DNA of 54,064 nt, counting the filler, from Candidatus Babeliales bacterium (GTDB lineage Bacteria; Babelota; Babeliae; Babelales; JABCYS01), in assembly GCA_016929235.1 (NCBI GenBank). It is 3 parts of 3 records of this genome, joined end to end, with 100 filler letters (N's around TTAATTAATTAA, not from the genome) between each part and the next. Parts side by side here need not be neighbours in the genome. Positions count along the whole stretch, not along the records: positions 21,803 to 49,611 come from JAFGJD010000005.1; 2 more parts are not named here. The stretch is one strand, 5' to 3'. How positions within the stretch are numbered: position 1 is the stretch's first letter; every line of letters starts with the position of its first letter. A program made the position numbers and the translations under genes. Shown one piece after another: positions 29,738 to 39,833 of the stretch. The notes beneath the pieces were generated by a model. It did not search any database and was not told the origin of the DNA. It saw only the letters and a list, made by a program, of their open reading frames with translations.

Positions 29738-31417
29738 ATGGAACAGCAACACCTGAATCTGGCGCGAAAATGGCGATCAAAAACATTTGATACCATTGTG
29801 GGGCAAGAACTTCCCGTTCGTATGCTCAAGAATAGCCTCTATCTTCAGCATTTTTTCCCCGTATATTTACTTTCAGGACAGCGAGGATGTGGTAAAACAA
29901 CAACGGCACGTGTCTTTGCGGCAGCAGTTAATTGTGAGCAGCTTCCTGAATTTCAAAAACATCCCAAGAACATTTCTATTCCATGTTTAGAATGTGCTTC
30001 ATGCCAAGCAATGGGCCAGGGGGCCCATCCGGATTTTATTGAAATAGATGCTGCATCACATACTGGTGTTGATAATGTCAGAACGATTATTGATGCAGCG
30101 TCATTTATGCCGCTCTCGGGTAGGAAAAAAATCTATCTTATCGACGAAGCGCATATGCTCAGCAAAGCAGCATTCAACGCATTTTTGAAGATCTTGGAAG
30201 ATCCTCCTCCATCGGTTCTGTTTATGCTGGCAACAACAGATCCGCAAAAAATTATTCAAACGGTTACCTCTCGAAGTTTTCAACTTTTTTTCCCTCCCAT
30301 CAAAAATGAGGCGCTGCATGCCCATCTTCGGAATGTGTGCGATACAGAATCAATTAAAGCAGACGATGGAGCTCTTGCGCTTATGGTGAGAGAGTCAGAA
30401 GGGTCAGCACGGGATGCATTAAATCTTCTCGAGCAGGTACGGTTTTCGTCAGAAGCTGTGACGACGGATGCAGTCTTGAATGTATTGGGCCATGTCAGTG
30501 ATGAAATCATGTCAAGGTTACTTGTTCATCTTCTACAAGGAACATATCAAAATGTGCTGTCGTTTATCGCAGATGTTCATTTAGAAACATATGCGCCAGA
30601 ACGTGTGTATCACAAATTATTACATTTTGTTCGATCGGCGCTATGGGTGAGTTATGGGGTAGCTCTCAAAGAGCAGACATTTGATCCGAACATTGTGAGC
30701 GAGGGTCTTGTGATGAGTTCTAAGAAGAAAATTGAAAAAATCATGCGTGTGTGCTGTACGCATGAACAGGCATTTTTAAGAACAACAAAAAAGCATCTTT
30801 TTCTTGAAACAATGTTTCTTGATATGTGCTCCGATATGGGTGTCGAATTGCCGCGTGCCACCATTCGCGAAAAAGCTGTTGAGATGAAACCAAACATAAC
30901 CCAGCCTATAGTGCAATCGAAGCAAGAAGCATCCCTCCCTCAGCAACAGCAACCAGTCCATGGAGCACCATGGGAAATGTTTTTGAAAGAACTAAATAAG
31001 GAACAGGATCCCCTGATCTCTTCTATGTTTTCGCAAGCTAAGTGTTTACAGCATGATGCTACTTGTGTATCTCTGCAATTTGGTAAGCAGCTCTCCTTTT
31101 TTCAGGATTTGATCCAAGAAGGGCGTACTGTTTGGGCGCCTGTGTTGAAAAAAATATTTGGTGAGGGAGTTGAGCTTAAAACTTCATTTGATGGCGATGT
31201 TCCCGTGAACGAAACGGCGTTAAAAGAAAATATCGAAAAGACGACGCAATCACAGACGATAGTAAGGCAGGCGAAACAGGTTTCACGGACCATAAAGAGA
31301 GAGGTTCGTGTTGATGTCTCGGACGAGGAGGCATGGAAGTACACGCATGCAATCTTGAAGCAGTTTCCTGGAACGGTAACCGAAATTGTGGGAGAAAACG
31401 ATGAAGAATCTGCGTAG
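29738..31417 (+). CDS. dnaX: DNA polymerase III subunit gamma/tau
   Basis: LARKWR..F..IVGQ, GQRGCGKTT, PC.EC.SC, EIDAAS.TGVD, IDEAHML, EGSARDAL. Confidence 0.96.
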   Translation: MEQQHLNLARKWRSKTFDTIVGQELPVRMLKNSLYLQHFFPVYLLSGQRGCGKTTTARVFAAAVNCEQLPEFQKHPKNISIPCLECASCQAMGQGAHPDFIEIDAASHTGVDNVRTIIDAASFMPLSGRKKIYLIDEAHMLSKAAFNAFLKILEDPPPSVLFMLATTDPQKIIQTVTSRSFQLFFPPIKNEALHAHLRNVCDTESIKADDGALALMVRESEGSARDALNLLEQVRFSSEAVTTDAVLNVLGHVSDEIMSRLLVHLLQGTYQNVLSFIADVHLETYAPERVYHKLLHFVRSALWVSYGVALKEQTFDPNIVSEGLVMSSKKKIEKIMRVCCTHEQAFLRTTKKHLFLETMFLDMCSDMGVELPRATIREKAVEMKPNITQPIVQSKQEASLPQQQQPVHGAPWEMFLKELNKEQDPLISSMFSQAKCLQHDATCVSLQFGKQLSFFQDLIQEGRTVWAPVLKKIFGEGVELKTSFDGDVPVNETALKENIEKTTQSQTIVRQAKQVSRTIKREVRVDVSDEEAWKYTHAILKQFPGTVTEIVGENDEESA

Positions 31418-32720
31418 TGTCTTATTAGTAGGAAGAACTAATGTTGGTAAGTCAACTTTGTTTAATAGGCTTTCATCCCGTGTCAAAAGTATGACCTTTG
31501 ATCAGGAAGGTGTTACTCGAGATTATATTACCGATTTAGTACAGTGGCGTGATATTGAGTTTGAATTAATTGATAGTGCAGGATTAAGTTTTCGTAAATA
31601 TTCAGATCATCTCGAAGAAACAGTTCGTCAGGGGGCACTGAAGTTACTTGAGCGAGCACAGGTCATTGTATTTGTTGTTGATGGGAAAGCCGGCCTTCTT
31701 CCTGAGGATCAGGAGATTGCGAGAGCGTTGCATAGGACAGGAAAACCGATTATTGTTGCGGTTAATAAAATGGACACCAAGCTCGCGCAAGAGCAACAAT
31801 ATGAATTTCAGCAACTGGGATATGCAACGTATGTACCTATCTCTGCTCAGCACGGTACTAATATTGATGAGCTTCTTGATAGTATCATCGAACAGGTAAA
31901 AACTACCAAGGGTCGTACGGTTGAAGAAAAACCGTCATTCAAGGTGACATTATTGGGTAAGCCGAATGTTGGTAAATCATCACTCATGAATATGCTACTC
32001 AATAAACAACGTTCCTTAGTTACCGAGGTAGCAGGTACAACACGGGAGCCACTTACAGAAAATATTACCTTCTATCATGATGTTATCTCTGTGACTGATA
32101 CGCCTGGGGTAAGAAGAAAGCGTTCTGTTGGCGAGGATCTTGAGCAGCTCATGGTTAAAAGCGCCTTAAGCGCTGTTCGTACAACCGATGTTGTACTCTT
32201 ACTTGTTGATGCAGCAGAAGGTGGATTTGCTGATCAAGAATTGAAGCTTGCATTCTATGCATTTGAGGACAAAAAAAAGGCCTTAGTCCTTCTCTTTAAC
32301 AAATATGACCTGATGACAGACGAATTACGAGATCTATGGAAACGTTCGCTTGATGCCTATGCCCATTTCTTCCGTAAGATCTATACCATGAACATCTCAT
32401 GTAAAGATGGGAAAAATGTAGGTAAGCTTATGCCGCTCTTGCATGATCTATGGAAAACATACCATAAAGAGTTTTCGAATGAGGAATTAACACTTTTATT
32501 CCAGCAGGCACTGCAAAAAACACCGCTTTATCGTCAGGAGAAGATGTTGAAGGTGCATCGGGCAGAGTTTGTGAAGTCAGGGCCGCCGATGATTGCGCTG
32601 GTTGTAAACTATCCAGAATTTTTTGGACCATCCCAGCTGATGTTTTTTGAGAATATTTTGCGAGATTACACGAATTTGAAGAGTATTCCCGTTAAAATCG
32701 TGATCAAAACTAAGTCCTAG
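31401..32720 (+). CDS. der: Ribosome biogenesis GTPase Der/EngA
   Basis: Tandem G-domains (GRTNVGKSTL, GVTRD, NKMD; GKPNVGKSSL, GTTRE, DTPG, NKYD) and KH-like C-terminus. Confidence 0.96.
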   Translation: MKNLRSVLLVGRTNVGKSTLFNRLSSRVKSMTFDQEGVTRDYITDLVQWRDIEFELIDSAGLSFRKYSDHLEETVRQGALKLLERAQVIVFVVDGKAGLLPEDQEIARALHRTGKPIIVAVNKMDTKLAQEQQYEFQQLGYATYVPISAQHGTNIDELLDSIIEQVKTTKGRTVEEKPSFKVTLLGKPNVGKSSLMNMLLNKQRSLVTEVAGTTREPLTENITFYHDVISVTDTPGVRRKRSVGEDLEQLMVKSALSAVRTTDVVLLLVDAAEGGFADQELKLAFYAFEDKKKALVLLFNKYDLMTDELRDLWKRSLDAYAHFFRKIYTMNISCKDGKNVGKLMPLLHDLWKTYHKEFSNEELTLLFQQALQKTPLYRQEKMLKVHRAEFVKSGPPMIALVVNYPEFFGPSQLMFFENILRDYTNLKSIPVKIVIKTKS

Positions 32721-32781
32721 TTTCTTTCCTCTGTTATGTTACACTGCTCCCTGTCATATCATGACTATGTAAGGAGGATCT

Positions 32782-33093
32782 ATGAACAAACGCATTACCT
32801 TCCGTCATATGGAACATTCTAATCATTTAGAAAATCATGCAGAACAGCAGCTCGAAAAAATCATGGGTTTGTTGTCAACAGAAAAAACACCTATCTTGGT
32901 AGATTTAATTTTGGAGGCGCATAAGTTACGGGGGCACAATAAAGTTGACTTCCACGTAAAGACGCCGAATGTAGATTTCTTTGTAAGTGATGAGGCTCCC
33001 GATATGGAGCAACTGGTCAGTTCAGTAATTGATACAATGTATCATAAACTGCGTGAAGAAAAGAAACGACGATTGAAAAAGAGAACCGAGTAG
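32782..33093 (+). CDS. hpf: Ribosome hibernation factor (short HPF/RaiA family)
   Basis: ITFRHME...HAEQQLEKI...APDM...IDTM..KL pattern; 103 aa; AAGGAGG RBS. Confidence 0.8.
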   Translation: MNKRITFRHMEHSNHLENHAEQQLEKIMGLLSTEKTPILVDLILEAHKLRGHNKVDFHVKTPNVDFFVSDEAPDMEQLVSSVIDTMYHKLREEKKRRLKKRTE

Positions 33094-33106
33094 TAAAGGA
33101 AATGGA

Positions 33107-33142
33107 GCAGGGCTTAGTTCCGCAGACTAAGCCCTGTTTTTT
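33107..33142 (+). terminator. Intrinsic terminator after hpf
   Basis: CAGGGCTTAGT-loop-ACTAAGCCCTG followed by T-tract. Confidence 0.85.
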
Positions 33143-35016
33143 TAGGCAGGTAGGGGATCGGTGGTTATCTCAATGGGATGCCTTCTCTGGAAGGAGTTGC
33201 AGTAGTTCTCAAGTGCCCTTACGGTAGCATTTTTATCTCTTTGAGCTGCTAGGTCGAAGGGTCCCCCTTCTTCGATTATTGGTAATAAAGGGTTGTTGCG
33301 AAGCCTGATTTTGGTCAAACGTTTTAGTGCAATCAGGGATTGTATAGCGTAGGGATCCAAGGACAATCTGTTTACGTACTTAAGAACGTTCTTTTGAGAA
33401 GAAGATCGATTGGGATCTATTTGTGGAAAAATGATGCGCTGGATTTGATCTCTTTCTTGTTGAGCCCCGGTGAGTACGATGTGGTTTCCCTCAAGCCACA
33501 ATGATTGCAGTCGTGGAAATGTTGTTTTGATAGTGCTCAGGGTATTTGCTAGGTTTCCTATTCCAAGACAATTTCCGTTTAGGATTAATCGCAGTACTGT
33601 TTTTGTTTGCTCTTCAGATACGAGAGCAGATAAGCCTTCGAGTGAAGTTATATGTAAATTGGATAAATCGAGTGTGTGCGGTTTATCCGTTGGAAATAGT
33701 TTTTGGACTATGGCTGGTTTTCCCTGGAGAGTTAATGCATTGGCTATTGTGTGACTCCAGGCAATTTTTCTACCGGTACTATCCGTAAGAAATTCACCAA
33801 AATTAAAATAGTACCATTTAGCTATTCGTTCGGTGACAGGGCGTAAACCGAGATCATCTCGCATTTGATTCCATGTAGAACTGGTTCCATTCCTTGCTAT
33901 TTCAGCGTAAATCTGATCAGCGCTTTGCTACGCTGTGATATCTTCAAGTGTCTTGGCTTGCCCAGGCGTTTCAAATCTTTTTAGTGTGAGTTTGCGACCG
34001 AGAATATCGAAAAAACCTTCTGACATCCTTTGTGTATCTAAGAAGCTTTTTTGAGCCTCACGAAGTAATTGTGCTTGATTTTTTATCATAAAAAAATCAG
34101 ATCTTATTCGAGGAGGCATGCTCATAACACGCTCTTCATTGGTGATTATTTCACGGAGGCGATCCTCAAGGGTAGCGTTCTTGTAATCTTCTCGGGCTTG
34201 TCGATATGCAGTGAATGCTTCTTCCGGTGCACTATGAGTTCCTTCTTCATAATCACGCTTGGCCCGGGTGAAGATATTATAGGCCTGCGTGCCAGGTCTA
34301 ATGTCTTCACGTCCAAGAATTCTTGCGTAGGAGAGTTCTACAAAAATATACTGTACAGCTTGGGATTGCCCTAGTTGATTGGTAAGTTGATTAATGGAGG
34401 CTTGTGTTACTCTCATATTTTCGAGAGTCCGGAATTTCCACGTGCGTAAGAAGGCATAGATATAGGCGAATGGCTTTTTCTCGCAGAAAGATTGGATTTG
34501 GTCCGATATTGTTCTAAAAGCATTCTTAACAGAGATTTGGTGGAGCTTATTTTTGAGTGTATCTATCCATTGATTTACCTGTTGTTGTATTTCTATTAGG
34601 TTAGAACGTTTCTCTGGTTCTGTAGGTTCTGTAAGAGTGATTTGTTCACGTAATTCAGCAACATATTGTTCATCAAGTGCGATAATACTTCTTTTGATAG
34701 TAAGATCTGTATTCATTTGTCGTACTGCGTCTAGTTGTCTACTGAGTTCAAGCCACTCTTCTCTAGAGGCTTGGCGTGAATGTTCATTGACTCTTGTTTG
34801 TTCTTCTTCGTATCTATGTCGAGCTTGTCGCGTTTCCTCAGCGAGGAGGTCGGTCTCTTGTTGGAGTTCGGACAATCTTGTTTCATGTTCGATGAGCGTT
34901 CTCTCAAGTCCTTCTCGAGGGGTTGATTGTTGAGGTGCTTCTTCAAGCGGCAGTGCGCGTGCGCTATGTATACACGATAATAATCCCATAATGTACCGTA
35001 TGCGATTAAGCTTCAT
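33142..35016 (-). pseudogene. Secreted coiled-coil plus LRR-like protein interrupted by one in-frame TAG at 33930-33928 (or two adjacent CDSs, 33928-35016 and 33142-33864)
   Basis: Both ORFs are in the same frame and the 63 nt between them are open (QSADQIYAEIARNGTSSTWNQ). N-terminal signal peptide with GGAGGAG RBS; E/Q/R-rich helices; LRR-like units LDLSNLHITSL, LILNGNCL, LWLEGNHI, IRLRNNPL. Confidence 0.65.
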
Positions 35017-35034
35017 AAGTACTCCTCCTAGGTT

Positions 35035-36759
35035 CTAAAAATAGCGATTTAATTCCTCGATAAATTCGTCTTTTTTTGCATGATATAGTGAGCTATCCCA
35101 TTGCTTGTGTATTGTTTCTTGTGTATCGATAAGGAGGAAGTAAGGGAGTCCTTTAATAGCATATTTTTTTTGAAGATGTTTATTGTATGCATCGTTTAAA
35201 TCGATTTTGACGGGAACAAATGATGAAAGTGCGGAGCGGACAGACGGATCGGCTAAAAGGCCCTTGTTAATGGCAGTGCAGATTGAGCATGTTTCTGACC
35301 AAAAATCTACAAAAATTAGTTTGTTTTCCTGTTGCGCTTTTTTAAGACCTTGCTCATATGAAGTTATCCAAAACATATCTTGAAAGTCTGGTGTATAATA
35401 AGCCTGTACAGCGTGTAGGCCGACAATAACTGAGCTAACAATTAGCAGCGTTCCCATACTATTTTTGAATCTACGTAATATTTTTTGGTCTGATGTAGAT
35501 ATGGTTGCAAAGTAATATATGCCGATTATGACCAGCATGAGTGCTATGCCTGCTAGGACGATATACCATGGAAGAATATTTTTAAGATAAAAGAAGCACA
35601 TGCCAATAAGCAGGATTCCAAAGATTTTTTTGATCTCTAGCATCCAAGCTCCCGCTTTTGGAAGACGGTCAAATAATTGAGAAAATGTTCCAACAAGCAT
35701 AAGTGGAATACTTAGACCAATACCAAATGCGAAAAGCATTAAAAATCCAACAAAGGCATTACCAATAGTGGCGACAATACATAAGAGAAACGCAAGGCCG
35801 GGCGAGAGACATGGTGATGCAATGGAGCCGCTCATCAAACCAAAGGTAAAAACTGAAAGAAACGATCCTGCATGAACTCGTTTGTTTGAAGATCGCATGA
35901 ATGAGGGAATGTAGATGTCGTAAAGACCAAACATTGAAAGTGCAAGATAGCCAAGCCATACGATGATGAGCAGGATAATAATAGGGTTTTTTGTAACCGC
36001 GCCAAATAATTCTCCTGTTAGGGCCGCAACTAATCCCAGAAGCGAGTAGGTTGTTGCAACACCAAGGCTATAGGCGATGGATAGCAAAAGTTTTTTCCTA
36101 AATGATGAAGTGCTGTGTCCTTGCATGACGCCGATGGTAATTGGAATCATAGGATAAATGCATGGTGTCAAACTCATTAGTAGTCCCAACAGCAGGATGA
36201 GAATCAATTGTACCCATAGATGATTTGTATGAGTAATTAACGTTTGAATTGATTCTGACCAGGAGCGCAACTGCGGAATGGGAAGTTGTTCGACGTGGTG
36301 TTCGCCAGGATCCACGTCACATTCGATTGCTGACTCTTGAATTTGTTCTGAGATTGGTTCGGCATCAGTCATATTGATTCGGTATTCTTGGGGCCGTTTT
36401 TGTTTTGTTGTTTGATAGACAATAAGTACCGTTACATCATCACGAATTACTTCCGGTGTTTTTAGATCAATCTGGAGATGTACTGGGCTACTGTAGGCTA
36501 GTTTAGTTGTACGATTCTGAGGGATATAATGTTTTTGAGCTGATGTAGCAACTTTCCAGGCTATTACTGTGGCATTAGGGTGATCAACCGTAATACGTAA
36601 TGCGTCTTTATATAATAGTTCATCTTCATCTAGATCACACTGAAGATCTATTTGTTGGTGTTTAGTATCAATATTGGTTCGTTTATGCGATATGACAATG
36701 CTATGTGCTGGGAGCGAAAGCATTATGAGAAGGGCTAATAATGACTTATACATATCCAT
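35035..36759 (-). CDS. dsbD: DsbD-like thiol:disulfide interchange protein
   Basis: SLTPCIYPMIP and SPCLSP TM cysteines, LPKAGAWM, C-terminal thioredoxin VDFWSETCSIC. Confidence 0.88.
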   Translation of the reverse strand: MDMYKSLLALLIMLSLPAHSIVISHKRTNIDTKHQQIDLQCDLDEDELLYKDALRITVDHPNATVIAWKVATSAQKHYIPQNRTTKLAYSSPVHLQIDLKTPEVIRDDVTVLIVYQTTKQKRPQEYRINMTDAEPISEQIQESAIECDVDPGEHHVEQLPIPQLRSWSESIQTLITHTNHLWVQLILILLLGLLMSLTPCIYPMIPITIGVMQGHSTSSFRKKLLLSIAYSLGVATTYSLLGLVAALTGELFGAVTKNPIIILLIIVWLGYLALSMFGLYDIYIPSFMRSSNKRVHAGSFLSVFTFGLMSGSIASPCLSPGLAFLLCIVATIGNAFVGFLMLFAFGIGLSIPLMLVGTFSQLFDRLPKAGAWMLEIKKIFGILLIGMCFFYLKNILPWYIVLAGIALMLVIIGIYYFATISTSDQKILRRFKNSMGTLLIVSSVIVGLHAVQAYYTPDFQDMFWITSYEQGLKKAQQENKLIFVDFWSETCSICTAINKGLLADPSVRSALSSFVPVKIDLNDAYNKHLQKKYAIKGLPYFLLIDTQETIHKQWDSSLYHAKKDEFIEELNRYF

Positions 36760-36828
36760 CCTTTTGAGTATTGCTCTTTTTGATTATGTTACTACAGTAT
36801 AGGATATGTGTCATAACGAACAATATAT

Positions 36829-36904
36829 GGGGCTGTAGCTCAGTTGGTAGAGCGTTCGGATGGCATTCGAAAGGTCACCGGTTCGACCCCGGTCAGCTCC
36901 ACCA
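36829..36904 (+). tRNA. tRNA-Ala (anticodon GGC)
   Basis: GGGGCTG/CAGCTCC acceptor with G3:U70, anticodon loop ATGGCAT, GGTTCGACCCC T-arm, ACCA end; 76 nt. Confidence 0.97.
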
Positions 36905-36910
36905 GAATGC

Positions 36911-36947
36911 ATGTAAAAGCTCGGGATAAATGCCCGAGCTTTTACAT
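36911..36947. terminator. Bidirectional terminator between tRNA-Ala and the convergent gene
   Basis: ATGTAAAAGCTCGGG-loop-CCCGAGCTTTTACAT, a 15-bp perfect stem. Confidence 0.85.
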
Positions 36948-36964
36948 TGTTGATAGTGAAAGAT

Positions 36965-37423
36965 TTATTCGGCAATTTTAATGTAATTAAATTCGTGATT
37001 CTCTTTAAGTCCAGCTTTTCTCAAAGCACGAACCAAAATCGTTTTTTCTCGCTTTAAAAGTGTGCGTGGTAGTTTTGTTTGCCGTGCTACCTGGCAGAGA
37101 ATGCTTTTTAGTCGGCGATGTGTTTCTATTTGGCCAGGCTCTAAAGCCTGTATAATTGCTTGATAAACAGCGTTATCATTTTCTGCATGGCTAAGGTCAT
37201 ATAGAAATCGGCAGATTGCCATGTCATCTGCCGACGTGTCCATTACCTCATAGCGATTTCGCATAACAATTCCAAGACGGAGCTCTTTACCACCAATGAC
37301 GACCCTTCTTCCGGCTTGAAGTTCTTGGAGCGGTGATAGTTTGCATGGTCGTGGTGACATAGGAACGTCCATTGCTTGGGCCGCAGAAATAATAGAAATA
37401 CCGATAATCAATAGCTTTTTCAT
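36965..37423 (-). CDS. Hypothetical exported protein
   Basis: AAAGGA RBS; MKKLLIIGISIISAAQAMD signal peptide. Confidence 0.7.
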   Translation of the reverse strand: MKKLLIIGISIISAAQAMDVPMSPRPCKLSPLQELQAGRRVVIGGKELRLGIVMRNRYEVMDTSADDMAICRFLYDLSHAENDNAVYQAIIQALEPGQIETHRRLKSILCQVARQTKLPRTLLKREKTILVRALRKAGLKENHEFNYIKIAE

Positions 37424-37605
37424 GTAAGGATCCTTTCCAATACCACACCCATGATATTGGTATCTGAGGGGCACACTTGTTATCTGATTGGATCAGATAT
37501 ATAGCGCGATAACCATTCCATTTAAGTAAAACACGTATCCATTTAAACGACTTATCACACAGCTGTCAAATAAGTGAGTGGTTTAGTTCGATTTCTAAAG
37601 GCTTT

Positions 37606-38400
37606 TTAGTAATCTGAGATGGTAATTTTGCCATTGGTTGAAGCGAGCTTAATAAGACTACCACCAGAGCCGATCGCTCCGATGCACTCATGTTTGACGC
37701 GATCCCAATACTGGCGATTAAGCTTGGTGTTGATTGATTCTGGTGTGATGTACAAAGAGCTTGTGATTATCCCGTTAGTGGTATGTGCATTGAGATGCGC
37801 ATTGGTGCTCAATGGTAGGCCGAGATTAATGGCTCCATTAGTTGTCTGTGCGGTGATGGTATGAGGCTCGGATAGCTGTTTTTGCTGGATACAGATTGCG
37901 CCGTTTTCTGACGTGGCATGTACTACACTAGTGCTGTCGAGGATGGTGATTGCGCCGTTGAGTATTGATGCATCTACAGGGCCGTGAGGCTGGGTTACAT
38001 GGAGCGAGCCATTATTTGATCGCAAACTCATTACTGTTGCATGGGGTGCAATAATATTGATATCGATGCTACAACGAGCTTTTTGTTTTTGTTTTACCTG
38101 GATGTACGCTTCATGGTCCTTGAAGTTGGTCGTAATGTTAGCTGTTTCGAGATCTTTTTCACTGCCTTTTTTGACCACTTCGACGACGATCTTGTTATGG
38201 CTCCAGGTTTTGACTGAGATCTTGCCATTGGTTGTTTCTGCATAGAGGGTTCCTTCGTTTTCAAGTTTGTGTTCATAGGTTAAAACGTCTTCTTGTTTTT
38301 TGGGACTGACGTATGTCACGATATCCTTGAATGAAAACGAGGCGAAAATGCCTTCGGTTGATACCAACAGAGGCATGATGACGAGATAAAGTGTACGCAT
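37606..38400 (-). CDS. DUF4097-like (adhesin-type) beta-strand repeat protein, exported
   Basis: Repeated [TS]xNGxI units (TTNGKI, SNNGSL, SENGAI, TTNGAI, TTNGII, STNGKI); signal-like N-terminus. Confidence 0.85.
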   Translation of the reverse strand: MRTLYLVIMPLLVSTEGIFASFSFKDIVTYVSPKKQEDVLTYEHKLENEGTLYAETTNGKISVKTWSHNKIVVEVVKKGSEKDLETANITTNFKDHEAYIQVKQKQKARCSIDINIIAPHATVMSLRSNNGSLHVTQPHGPVDASILNGAITILDSTSVVHATSENGAICIQQKQLSEPHTITAQTTNGAINLGLPLSTNAHLNAHTTNGIITSSLYITPESINTKLNRQYWDRVKHECIGAIGSGGSLIKLASTNGKITISDY

Positions 38401-38435
38401 AGTGTAAAAACCCTTTACCGATGATATGGTACCGT

Positions 38436-39833
38436 ATGGAGTATACAAAGCTGCAACATAAAGTCCAAGCGCTTATACCTGAAGCGGCCTGGGGCATTCT
38501 TTCAGAGCTAATGAAAAAAGGCGCGCGACCGGTGTTAGTTGGTGGTGCAGTTCGTGATCTACTGCTTGGTGCACACGTAAAAGATATTGATATTGAAGTG
38601 CATGGTATTGCGCTGAATAAGCTTGAAGATATTTTAAAAATATTTGGCCATGTGCGCATGGTTGGCAAAACATACGGAGTTTTACGTATTGATAGTATTC
38701 CTATCGATTGGTCGTTGCCCCGTACTGATAGTTCGGGCCGCAAACCTAAGGTAACTATTGATCCATCACTGAGTATCAAGGATGCATTCGCTCGTAGAGA
38801 TCTGACATTGAATGCGTTGGGTATTGATCTGAAAACATTTGAACTACTCGATCCGTTTGGTGGCTTAGATGACATCAAGCATAGGCGACTGCGCACACCT
38901 GATCCAAAACGGTTTGTAGAAGATCCTCTGCGCTTGTATAGGGTTATGCAGTTTGTGGGTCGGTTTTCGATGCAGCCAGATGATGAATTGAACGAGCTGT
39001 GTGCATTCATGAATGTATCGGACGTTTCTGTTGAGCGGGTTGAACAGGAATTTAATAAGTTGTTTCTTTACTCCCCACAGCCGTCGTTAGGTGTGAAATG
39101 GTTGCATACCATTGGAAGGCTACAGGATCTGTTTCCAGAGCTGTATGCATTGATTGGTCTGGAGCAAACATCAGAGTATCATCCTGAGGGTGATGTGTTT
39201 GAGCATACGATGCAGGCAATAGATTCAGCTGCGACATTCTCATATGATGGTGATAAAGAAAAATTGGTAATCATGTACGCGACGCTGTGTCACGATTTAG
39301 GAAAACCAGAAGCAACGCACTATGTAGATGGTCGGTTGAGAAGTATAGGCCATGAAGATGTGGGTGTGGCTGTTGCTCAGAAATTGCTTCGTCGTCTTAC
39401 AAGAAATCATGATCTTATAGACCGTGTTGTGGTGCTTGTGAAATATCACATGTGTCCAGGCCAGTTGGTAAAACAAAATGCATCGCTTGCCGCTTATAAG
39501 CGTCTTGCAAAAAAATTAGAACCACTGTGCACCATGCTGCAGTTGGCGTATGTCTTTCGAGCGGATGTATTGGCACGTAATCCAAACATTGGCATGCCAT
39601 TGACTGCCGAGCCAGAAGCAGTCCGCAGGTTTCTTGAATGTGTACGTCAAGCTGCAGTTGAGAAGCATGCTGAGCTTCCCGTCCTAACAGGTAAAGATTT
39701 GGCAGGAATTGTGGAGCCGGGGCCAAAAATGGGAAATATGCTCAAAAAGGCGTACGAGATTCAGATAAACAATGGTATTACCGACAAGGATAAGATACTT
39801 AAGCTTCTGTTACTCAAGAGTGCTGGCGCGTAG
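38436..39833 (+). CDS. cca: CCA tRNA nucleotidyltransferase with HD domain
   Basis: VGGAVRDLLLG..KDIDIEV, RRDLTLNA, EDPLR, HPEGDVFEHT, CHDLGK. Alternative start at 38421. Confidence 0.92.
   Translation: MEYTKLQHKVQALIPEAAWGILSELMKKGARPVLVGGAVRDLLLGAHVKDIDIEVHGIALNKLEDILKIFGHVRMVGKTYGVLRIDSIPIDWSLPRTDSSGRKPKVTIDPSLSIKDAFARRDLTLNALGIDLKTFELLDPFGGLDDIKHRRLRTPDPKRFVEDPLRLYRVMQFVGRFSMQPDDELNELCAFMNVSDVSVERVEQEFNKLFLYSPQPSLGVKWLHTIGRLQDLFPELYALIGLEQTSEYHPEGDVFEHTMQAIDSAATFSYDGDKEKLVIMYATLCHDLGKPEATHYVDGRLRSIGHEDVGVAVAQKLLRRLTRNHDLIDRVVVLVKYHMCPGQLVKQNASLAAYKRLAKKLEPLCTMLQLAYVFRADVLARNPNIGMPLTAEPEAVRRFLECVRQAAVEKHAELPVLTGKDLAGIVEPGPKMGNMLKKAYEIQINNGITDKDKILKLLLLKSAGA

Noticed and set aside
30787..30793. 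A-AAA-AAG slippery heptamer in dnaX with a nearby -1 frame stop
   Set aside because: It lies at about codon 350, before the last helix of domain III, with no evident stimulatory hairpin or upstream SD. A frameshift would cut the collar domain, so it is probably just Thr-Lys-Lys.
32754..32766. Small palindrome GTCAT-ATC-ATGAC upstream of hpf
   Set aside because: Only 5-bp arms and a single occurrence; not distinguishable from chance.
33928..33930. Genome-wide UAG reassignment or pyrrolysine
   Set aside because: UAG terminates multiple conserved genes at expected lengths, and no suppressor tRNA or pyl genes are in the window.
37606..38400. Repeated TxNG units as a DNA repeat array or CRISPR
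   Set aside because: The repetition is protein-level beta-strand repeats with divergent codons; no repeat-spacer structure.
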